Below, piece by piece: positions 1 to 5,975 of a stretch of DNA of 50,447 bases. Below the pieces are notes generated by a model. That model saw nothing but the letters and a program-made list of their open reading frames with translations, was not told where the DNA came from and did no database searches. Location: the IMG/VR virus record IMGVR_UViG_3300046484_000036, positions 1-50,447 of that record; one strand, written 5' to 3'. The DNA comes from a virus. Position 1 is the first letter of the stretch, and every line of letters begins with the position of its first letter. The translations under genes were made by a program, and so were the position numbers.

Positions 1-356
1 CAGTCGGCGTCCAGCGCGTCACGCTTGGCCTGCCAGTCGGCGTCCAGCGGGGCACGCTTAGCCAGGTAGTCGGCGTCCAGCGGGGCACGCTTAGCCAGTA
101 CCTCGGCGTCCAGCGCGTCACGCTCGGCTCGGTAGTCGGCGTCCAGCGGGGCACGCTCGGCTCGGTAGTCGGCGTCCAGCGGGGCACGCTTGGCCTGCCA
201 GTCGGCGTCCAGCGGGGCACGCTTGGCCTGCCAGTCGGCGTCCAGCGGGGCACGCTTAGCCAGGTAGTCGGCGTCCAGCGGGGCACGCTCGGCTCGGTAG
301 TCGGCGTCCAGCGGGGCACGCTTAGCCAGTACCTCGGCGTCCAGCGCGTCACGCTT
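1..356. repeat. 33-bp tandem repeat array A, left part (about 10.8 contiguous units)
   Basis: Units start at 1, 34, 67, 100 ... 331. Consensus is tagtcggcgtccagcggggcacgcttagccagg, with a few variable positions. There are no spacers between units. Confidence 0.95.
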
Positions 357-575
357 GTCACATGTCGAGGCAATAGCGCCGAGGTAGACCATGTTGTGCA
401 GACGGAGCTTCACCTCGCCTTCGGGTTTGTTCGCCTTGACGTAAGCAATACGTTTGTTCACGTCGTGCGAGGTTTCGAACAGGTCGGAGTGGTGGAGGAG
501 GCCAAACCGGCCGGAAATGGGGCCAGTGTAGTTGGGGCGTCCGGGAAAGAGGACGTTGGGGGTTTCAGTTGTCAT
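1..575 (-). CDS. Hendecad-repeat protein A, N-terminal part (gene runs off the left edge and continues at the right edge of the window)
   Basis: Absent from the ORF track because there is no stop inside the window. ATG at 575-573. Hand translation: MTTETPNVLFPGRPNYTGPISGRFGLLHHSDLFETSHDVNKRIAYVKANKPEGEVKLRLHNMVYLGAIASTCDKRDALDAEVLAKRAPLDADY... The frame stays open to base 1. From about 356 downward it reads 11-aa units K-R-A-P-L-D-A-D-(Y/W)-x-A. Confidence 0.7.
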   Translation of the reverse strand, partial: MTTETPNVLFPGRPNYTGPISGRFGLLHHSDLFETSHDVNKRIAYVKANKPEGEVKLRLHNMVYLGAIASTCDKRDALDAEVLAKRAPLDADYRAERAPLDADYLAKRAPLDADWQAKRAPLDADWQAKRAPLDADYRAERAPLDADYRAERDALDAEVLAKRAPLDADYLAKRAPLDADWQAKRDALDAD

Positions 576-579
576 AAGA

Positions 580-714
580 TTAAAGGGGGATTGGTACGTT
601 AAATGTCCAAAGCTCAATCGGGGTTTCGTATCCAAGGGAGGTGGGGAAGTCCGGGTTATGGACGCAATAATCAGTAAGCTCTAAAAGCGAGCGGAAGAGG
701 GTGCGGATTTTCAT
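580..714 (-). CDS. Small hypothetical protein (44 aa)
   Basis: Below the track cut-off. ATG at 714-712, TAA at 582-580. Hand translation: MKIRTLFRSLLELTDYCVHNPDFPTSLGYETPIELWTFNVPIPL. It fills the gap between 719..1015 and the ATG at 575 with 4-nt spacers on both sides. Confidence 0.35.
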   Translation of the reverse strand: MKIRTLFRSLLELTDYCVHNPDFPTSLGYETPIELWTFNVPIPL

Positions 715-718
715 GGGG

Positions 719-1015
719 TCACTTCTTCGGGGATTTCAGGGAAGCGTAATACGCATCGTTACGCGCCTTGGCTTTCGCCTTCTCGATCTCCCACGGGTCT
801 GGAGCGGCCTGGTCGCCGTGCAGGTAGATCTGCACCAGGTCTGAAGCCTTGCAGTTCTGGCCAGCGACAACGATCCGCATATTGCCCTGGCGGTCTGTAT
901 GGCCTGCACGTCTCCAGCAACGGACAGAATCCGGGGTGGGGCTACGCCAGAAGAACAGGCCGGTCTCCGGGCGGTACTCTAACAGGCGTTTCAGCATTTC
1001 TTGTGTCGGTATCAT
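719..1015 (-). CDS. Paralog of the HNH-endonuclease N-terminal domain, lacking the HNH catalytic block
   Basis: 98 aa. MIPTQEMLKRLLEYRPETGLFFW matches the N-termini of the intact HNH-AP2 genes here (MIPLTQAELQEYLHYNPLTGVFIW at 48814..49308; LKELLSYDPETGVFT at 22560..23069). No DHINGxxxDNRxxNL block is present. Confidence 0.6.
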   Translation of the reverse strand: MIPTQEMLKRLLEYRPETGLFFWRSPTPDSVRCWRRAGHTDRQGNMRIVVAGQNCKASDLVQIYLHGDQAAPDPWEIEKAKAKARNDAYYASLKSPKK

Positions 1016-1019
1016 AAAA

Positions 1020-1553
1020 TCAGGGGTTGAGGGCTGTCCATGCGAGTTTGTTCAGTTCCTCTTCAGCCAAGCGGCGGAACTGAGTGAGGTTCTTAACCGC
1101 CTCGCGGTAGTCATAGTCGAGGCCGCGGATCTCCCGCTGGCAGCGCTCGCGTGCCTCTGCGCGGTCGTTCTGTAGCTGTAGGCGCAGTTCCAGTCGATCG
1201 ATGGCGTTCTGCTGGTGGAGGAGGGCCGTGCGCCCTGGCAGGTCAACGGGCGGGGTGGCGGGCAGCGCAGCACGTAAGATGGCGAGCTGGTGTGCAAGCG
1301 GTGTTCGGTCGCGGGGCAGGAAAGGAGAAGTTTCAGCATCCGACCAGATGCCGTGCAAGTAGAGGCGGGCGAGCTTGTGCGCCGGGTAGACAACCCCATC
1401 GATCTTGATCTGCCAGGGGCCGCCGGTACCAGCACAGCCCGCAGTCGCGCCGGGCTTCAAACGGCGTCCGGGAGGGCTGACCCAGGTAAACCGATTCGTC
1501 TCAGGGTCGTAGTGAAGAACTTCTTTGAGGTACTTTTGGGTTATTTTGGGCAT
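1020..1553 (-). CDS. HNH-endonuclease N-terminal-domain paralog fused to a coiled-coil tail; no HNH block
   Basis: 177 aa. YLKEVLHYDPETNRFTW and YPAHKLARLYLHGIW parallel YQAHRLAWLYTHGTW of the 48814 gene. There is no DHING/DNR motif. The C-terminal half is heptad-like (LELRLQLQNDRAEARERCQREI). Confidence 0.6.
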   Translation of the reverse strand: MPKITQKYLKEVLHYDPETNRFTWVSPPGRRLKPGATAGCAGTGGPWQIKIDGVVYPAHKLARLYLHGIWSDAETSPFLPRDRTPLAHQLAILRAALPATPPVDLPGRTALLHQQNAIDRLELRLQLQNDRAEARERCQREIRGLDYDYREAVKNLTQFRRLAEEELNKLAWTALNP

Positions 1554-2233
1554 TTTGAAATAAACTTGAGGGCTATGGGATGCGACGGGTTTGTGATATC
1601 TCTTCGTGTTTTTGCCTCAAGATCGAAAGTCGGCAGCGGGGCAGATATTAGATGGGGAAATGGGGTGTTGTGTAAGTGGCGCAGTTTGCCAAGTTTGTGG
1701 AAAAGTGGCTGTTGGTGCCATTAGAGACCATTATGCGATTTTGGCCGGGTTATGGCCAGGCAAGAAACATATCAATTGGTTATGCTCGAATGCTCTGTCA
1801 ACGGGTTACGTAATTCTGTCCTTAATACCAGATGAAAACTACAACTGAGGAAATTAGTGGAAATATGTAGATGTAAGGAGTAACGAAATGGGGAGAAGTA
1901 TAATATAGATAGGGGGGGTCTGGCCTACTCTCTGGCCAAAGGGGGGGGTGCAGTGGTTCAAGTTGTTGCCGGTTTGTATGGTTGCAGAAGTCGAGTTTTG
2001 GCCAGAGGAAAACCTATTTGATAGTTCGGTGGTTAGCATTTCTGTAAGACGTTATGTAGCGTCGCTATGTGAAGGAAAGCGTTTAGTCCTTTTTGGGCTT
2101 GGTTAAGGATCTTCAGAGGTGGCCAGTGGCCGAATTGCTTGGACAACCAGAGGTGTAAGCCTTCGGGAGGCCGGTCATGCATGGTTAAAATCACGCACTT
2201 TTCCTTAGAATGATTCTAAGTCTCAATAAGGAC

Positions 2234-2764
2234 TTAACTATTTTGGGGCATTACCGGGAATATTTCTCGCATCAGGTCGGCACGCTTGGCCGCGTAGTCG
2301 GCGAGCAGCGGGGCATGCTTGGCCGCGTAGTCGGCGAGCAGCGGGGCATGCTTGGCCGCGTAGTCGGCGAGCAGCGGGGCACACTTGGCCGCGTAGTCGG
2401 CGTACAGCGCGTCACGCTTGGCCACGTAGTCGGCGTACAGCGGGGCACACTTGGCCTCGTAGTCGGCGAGCTTAGATGGGTTGGCGTTGCGTTTATCTGC
2501 CAGCCATTCCATCCAGTCGCCACGAGGGCATTTCGCCCAGGCAGTTTCGAGATCCGGCATGGAGTTTTTACGGCACCATGCGAGAGCGTCATGGCAAGCG
2601 CCAAGTTTTACGAGAGTAGAGATAGGGGTGTTCATCTTAAACAAAATAAGTTGGGTTGAGGTGTGAAAGGATTCTGTGTGCACGGTCGCAGCTCCAGGGA
2701 ACCGCGTTGAACGTGTAGACGGCGTTATTGACTGGGGGAGGCGAACAGACCAGGAGAAGGGCAA
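2234..2764 (-). CDS. Hendecad-repeat protein B (unique N-terminal domain plus about 6 x 11-aa repeats)
   Basis: 176 aa. This is the only frame that extends out of the array into a non-repetitive N-terminal domain (MNTPISTLVKLGACHDALAWCRKNSMPDLETAWAKCPRGDWMEWL is the more likely start). Repeats read ADYAAK(H/C/R)APLL. The C-terminal tail is REIFPVMPQNS. Confidence 0.75.
   Translation of the reverse strand: MPFSWSVRLPQSITPSTRSTRFPGAATVHTESFHTSTQLILFKMNTPISTLVKLGACHDALAWCRKNSMPDLETAWAKCPRGDWMEWLADKRNANPSKLADYEAKCAPLYADYVAKRDALYADYAAKCAPLLADYAAKHAPLLADYAAKHAPLLADYAAKRADLMREIFPVMPQNS
2272..2473. repeat. 33-bp tandem repeat array B (5 full units at 2294, 2327, 2360, 2393, 2426, plus partial flanking units)
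   Basis: Unit is gtagtcggcgagcagcggggcatgcttggccgc. About 27/33 positions match the array A consensus. The segment agcgcgtcacgcttggcc is shared exactly with array A units. Confidence 0.95.
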
Positions 2765-2788
2765 GAGTTAGCATGGCGGGTTAAACGG

Positions 2789-2932
2789 TTAAGACTTGGC
2801 CCTTTCCGCTTCGATAAGTGCGAGTGCTTCAATGCAGGTCATTCCGTAGTACTCGGCGAATCTCGCGACAGTGAGAAAGTCATTAACGTAGGAGAGGTAT
2901 AATTCCCGGCGGGTTTTAGTGGATGTTTTCAT
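2789..2932 (-). CDS. Small hypothetical protein (47 aa)
   Basis: Internal ATG at 2932 of track ORF 2789..2998 gives MKTSTKTRRELYLSYVNDFLTVARFAEYYGMTCIEALALIEAERAKS. A purine-rich aaaggaa lies upstream. A start at 2998 would overlap the previous gene. Confidence 0.5.
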   Translation of the reverse strand: MKTSTKTRRELYLSYVNDFLTVARFAEYYGMTCIEALALIEAERAKS

Positions 2933-2967
2933 AGGTGGTTTAATTCCTTTTGATTGGTTTTGGTTGC

Positions 2968-3255
2968 TCAAGCGGTTTCCAGTTGATCGGAAAGCCATGG
3001 GCTTGCATCCAATCGCTTAGCATCCTTCGCAACGCGCAGACCGTATTGGACTAATAGCCGACGAAACTCAGGTTTGACGGGCTCCCCAATCTCGCAAAAG
3101 AGTGAAGAGCAAAACCCGATGCGTCCACCGCCGGGAATAGTGTAACGGAAGCGAATAGAGCCATCGCTCAGGACGGCAATGGTGGCACTGTATTCCGTTG
3201 TGTGGTTAAAAAGAAACGTGCGGACTACTTTGGGCTGACTGATGTCTGTTTTCAT
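2968..3255 (-). CDS. Hypothetical early protein (95 aa)
   Basis: Track ORF, co-oriented and tightly spaced with its neighbours. No motif recognised. Confidence 0.55.
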   Translation of the reverse strand: MKTDISQPKVVRTFLFNHTTEYSATIAVLSDGSIRFRYTIPGGGRIGFCSSLFCEIGEPVKPEFRRLLVQYGLRVAKDAKRLDASPWLSDQLETA

Positions 3256-3282
3256 GGTGAATTAAGAGCTAGTGGATCTGAG

Positions 3283-3783
3283 TTACTGATTGGTAAACGC
3301 GTCTGCGAATGCGGTGGCCTTGGCTTCGTCGTAGGCTTTCCACGCGGGGGCCTTGGCTTCGTCGTAGGCTTTCCACGCGGGGGCCTTGGCTTCGTCGTAG
3401 GCTTTCCACGCGGTGGCCGTGGCTTCGTCGTAGGCTTTCCACGCGGGGGCCTTGGCTTCGTCGTAGGCTTTCCACGCGGTGGCCTTGGCTTCGTCGTAGG
3501 CTTTCCACGCGGGGGCCTTGGCTTCGTCGTAGGCTTTCCACGCGGTGGCCGTGGCTTCGTCGTAGGCTTTCCACGCGGTGGCCGTGGCTTCGTCGTAGGC
3601 TTTCCACGCGGGGGCCGTGAGCAAGTGGCCTGCTGCCCAACCCCAATCAAAAACGGAGGCATGTTTGAGGCACAGCTCGCGGGTCGGGGTTATCGAGGAG
3701 TTTCCGAAAAGTTCGGAGAACTTGGCTACTTGCGCAGAGCACGCGTCTAGGCGTTTTAGGGTTTTTAGGGATATGGCTTTCAT
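3283..3783 (-). CDS. Hendecad-repeat protein C (57-aa N-terminal domain plus about 9.5 x AWKAYDEA(K/T)A(P/T))
   Basis: 166 aa. This is the only frame leaving the array into unique sequence (MKAISLKTLKRLDACSAQVAKFSELFGNSSITPTRELCLKHASVFDWGWAAGHLL). The N-terminal pattern L..L.AC...C...W.W resembles protein B. Confidence 0.75.
   Translation of the reverse strand: MKAISLKTLKRLDACSAQVAKFSELFGNSSITPTRELCLKHASVFDWGWAAGHLLTAPAWKAYDEATATAWKAYDEATATAWKAYDEAKAPAWKAYDEAKATAWKAYDEAKAPAWKAYDEATATAWKAYDEAKAPAWKAYDEAKAPAWKAYDEAKATAFADAFTNQ
3311..3618. repeat. 33-bp tandem repeat array C (9 full units from 3322 plus a leading partial unit)
   Basis: Unit is ggcttcgtcgtaggctttccacgcg(g/t)gggcc(t/g)t. Units are identical except at two biallelic positions. 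Confidence 0.95.
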
Positions 3784-3879
3784 GGTGGCTTTTTATTTTG
3801 TATGTACGTTGATAGTTACATAGTTACAGTAGAAATGAAGGGAGGTTTCATAGCGTTAGTTTAAGGGCTAGGTTGACGG

Positions 3880-4101
3880 CTAAAGGCAGAATCCTACCCA
3901 TGAAGGCTTGCGGAGTGCTTTGTTGAATTTGCGTTTGTCGTAATTGGCTCCAGTGAGTTGGTCGGACGTATTCTGTGAGTTGAATGCGCCCCAACAAATC
4001 CGGTAAGGGAAATGCGCCTTTAGGTGTCGCACCTCGGCAATTAAAGATTCTGGCGGGTTAATTAGTACGGCTTCAGTTTTCATGAGTAAGCGTCGCGACA
4101 T
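3880..4101 (-). CDS. Hypothetical protein, first gene of the leftward early block (73 aa)
   Basis: Track ORF directly downstream of the AT-rich divergent intergenic region 4102-4287. No motif recognised. Confidence 0.5.
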   Translation of the reverse strand: MSRRLLMKTEAVLINPPESLIAEVRHLKAHFPYRICWGAFNSQNTSDQLTGANYDKRKFNKALRKPSWVGFCL

Positions 4102-4168
4102 TTAACGACCTGCGTCCGGTCTGTGTTTGTTTCTGTTCTCTTTCGACGTGCCTAATATCGTCTTTTCT

Positions 4169-4207
4169 CTGAAAACAATCAATAGAAATTTTCTATTTAA
4201 TTGCCAA
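4169..4207. promoter_or_regulatory. Overlapping divergent sigma70-like promoters around a 17-bp palindrome (candidate operator)
   Basis: Minus strand: TTGGCA (4207-4202), 17-nt spacer, TATTGA (4184-4179). Plus strand: cTGAAA (4169-4174), 18-nt spacer, TATTTA (4193-4198). The palindrome aatagaaa-t-tttctatt at 4181-4197 lies in both spacers. The region is AT-rich and sits between divergent gene starts at 4101 and 4288. Confidence 0.4.
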
Positions 4208-4287
4208 TTGCTAGATAATAGGAAGTTAAGAAGTGTTTTTGTTTCAATAGGTTGACCTTTTCAGTTTAAATATCCATTTGATTGCGC

Positions 4288-4851
4288 ATGATAGCTACAG
4301 TCGAAAGCCCCGCAGTTAAGCTGAAGCAGCGCAAATGGAACTATGGCCCCGCTGGCATGCTTACGCCCGATCAAAAGATTCAGGCGCGCACTCTTTATTT
4401 AGTCGGCAACCAAGGGCCAAAGCAGATTGCAGCGTCATTAGGCGTGCCAAGTAAACCCGTTGAGCAACTCATAAGCCGTGCGGGCTGGTCAAAGATACGC
4501 AATGCCAACTGGCAGAAGTCAGAGGCTGAGGTTGTGGCGAAAGTAGAGGATGACATCGCCCAAGTAACCCAAAGAATAGCGGTTGAGAGTGAAGAATTAA
4601 CCCTTGGATCACTGAGGGTTTTGAGAGACTCAGTCGCAAGAGGCTGCGCGAAAGATATGCAAATGGCTAGTGGAGCAGCACGTAACCTCGTCGATATATT
4701 TCGCAAATGCCGTGGAATGGATAACAAGATCGACACTAACCAAGGGTCATCGACAAACGTGAACATGTTTGTGTTCGCCACACCAGCAGCCGCTAAGACC
4801 GAACGCAACGTAACTCCTAATCCTGTACAGATAGCGAGTAGTTCGGTCTAA
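4288..4851 (+). CDS. HTH DNA-binding protein (candidate small terminase subunit or regulator)
   Basis: ATG at 4288, in frame with the track TTG at 4282. Helix-turn-helix-like segment LTPDQKIQARTLYLVGNQGPKQIAASLGVPSKPVEQLISRAGW, followed by a helical region. No other TerS candidate lies next to TerL. The functional assignment is inference. Confidence 0.4.
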   Translation: MIATVESPAVKLKQRKWNYGPAGMLTPDQKIQARTLYLVGNQGPKQIAASLGVPSKPVEQLISRAGWSKIRNANWQKSEAEVVAKVEDDIAQVTQRIAVESEELTLGSLRVLRDSVARGCAKDMQMASGAARNLVDIFRKCRGMDNKIDTNQGSSTNVNMFVFATPAAAKTERNVTPNPVQIASSSV

Positions 4852-5177
4852 TTTCTGACAGGAACGTGACAGGAATGCGCCCGTAAGCCGGCGTTTACCT
4901 CTGACGAGGTGGCGGGTAATGAAACCGGTTATGACTGTTGCTCCGCATATGCGGAGTTGATTGCGTTTGCTTAGTGCGTGCGTGCTGTAGTGCTTACGTG
5001 GATACGTTATGCTGTGCATGACAACAGTAGTGCTTACGTGCTCGCCCCCTCCGGGGGTGGAGGGGGACACCGCGATCTGTGAGCCGGTCGAATCCCTCGA
5101 TAGAGCAGCCAACAAATCTGCTCCACGGGTGACGGGAACCGTGAGTTAATCCGGGGGTCTGTCTGTCGAAAACGAAG

Positions 5178-5210
5178 CGCCATGGCTTAGGCTGTGGCGC
5201 TTTTCTATTT
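5178..5210 (+). terminator. Rho-independent terminator
   Basis: Stem agcgcca (5178-5184) pairs with tggcgct (5197-5203), 12-nt loop, then tttt-c-tattt. Confidence 0.6.
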
Positions 5211-5244
5211 ACTAAGTCCCCCCAACTAAATATGGATTTTACCC

Positions 5245-5475
5245 ATGGGGAACAAACCTATGCACCCGATCACGTCAGCGGTTATATCCTCCAGCGTCGC
5301 AGACGCCAACTACGACGAGGGTACAAAGATTTTTACCGTAAAGTTTCATTCCGGTTCCACCTATGCCTACCGGCATGTCCCCCTGGACATCGTTAAGGAC
5401 TTTTTTTCCAGTACCAGTAAGGGCCAATTTATTCACACCCAGTTGAAGGGTAAATTCGAGCACCGGAAAGTATAG
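5245..5475 (+). CDS. KTSC-domain protein
   Basis: 76 aa. ANYDEGTKIFTVKFHSGSTYAYRHVPLDIVKDFFSSTSKGQFIHTQLKGKF fits the KTSC pattern (Y-d...L.V.F..G..Y.Y..VP..v...f....SKG.f....). Confidence 0.7.
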   Translation: MGNKPMHPITSAVISSSVADANYDEGTKIFTVKFHSGSTYAYRHVPLDIVKDFFSSTSKGQFIHTQLKGKFEHRKV

Positions 5476-5476
5476 A

Positions 5477-5740
5477 ATGAGATTTTTATCACGAGACCCT
5501 TACGATCTTACTGAGAAAGAGTGGGTGGATTTGCGCGAATGGTTTAAGACATCCGACACTTGGAATAGAACTTTGGTGCCTCCAGGAGTGCACGATACTG
5601 GGACAGGACTACATTTCGTTCTGCACGGCTTTGAGGTAAAGGTGGGTGGGGACGATAAGCATCATTGGGCGATGGCGTTTACCCCCTGGTCTTCTCGTGT
5701 GCGTGAAGGGGCGGATTTGCTTATCGAGGTGCCATATTAA
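5477..5740 (+). CDS. Hypothetical protein (87 aa)
   Basis: Track ORF starting 2 nt after the previous stop. No motif recognised. Confidence 0.55.
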   Translation: MRFLSRDPYDLTEKEWVDLREWFKTSDTWNRTLVPPGVHDTGTGLHFVLHGFEVKVGGDDKHHWAMAFTPWSSRVREGADLLIEVPY

Positions 5741-5776
5741 AATTGACTCCACGCGGGTAACGGGACAAGGAAACCT

Positions 5777-5965
5777 ATGAGCCCGAAACTTCATCTGCAC
5801 CTCAAGAAGGGTGCGTTGCACGAGGAAGAGAATGTGCCGGAGGGCAAACCGATTCCCGGCTACAAATTAGCAGAAGCCCTCCATTCGAAGAATGAACACG
5901 TCAGAAAGATGGCCCAATTTGCGAAGAACGCCAAGAAATGGCACCACCCCAAAAAGAAAAAGTAA
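5777..5965 (+). CDS. Small basic hypothetical protein (62 aa)
   Basis: Track ORF with a Lys/His-rich C-terminus (KKWHHPKKKK). Co-oriented with its neighbours. Confidence 0.45.
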   Translation: MSPKLHLHLKKGALHEEENVPEGKPIPGYKLAEALHSKNEHVRKMAQFAKNAKKWHHPKKKK

Positions 5966-5975
5966 ATTTCACTCT

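Noticed and set aside
1-356. Regular 33-bp repeats that could be mistaken for CRISPR arrays (the same applies to 2272-2473, 3311-3618 and 50214-50447)
   Set aside because: The units are directly adjacent with no spacers. The period is a multiple of 3. Each array lies inside an ORF that continues into unique sequence. No cas genes or leader are present.
2210-3750. Alternative-frame and opposite-strand ORFs across the repeat arrays (2210..2659+, 2272..2604-, 2481..2666+, 3202..3750+, 3252..3662-, 3269..3646-, 3309..3620+, and also 50200..50433-)
   Set aside because: A stop-free 33-bp unit keeps all six frames open automatically. Only the chosen minus-strand frames extend into non-repetitive N-terminal domains and fit the co-oriented, tightly spaced gene order. 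The others are low-complexity Arg/Pro/Gly strings.
5086-5115. tRNA- or tmRNA-like 3' end (ggtcgaatcc ... gcagcca)
   Set aside because: Working back from the CCA, the would-be T-stem strands (ccggt / ctcga) are not complementary and no acceptor stem can be formed. I found no cloverleaf on either strand.
4747-5115. 122-aa minus-strand ORF in the non-coding region after the HTH gene
   Set aside because: It is antisense to the surrounding rightward block, overlaps the 3' end of 4288..4851, and has an implausible composition. The region is better explained by RNA or DNA structure elements and a plus-strand terminator.
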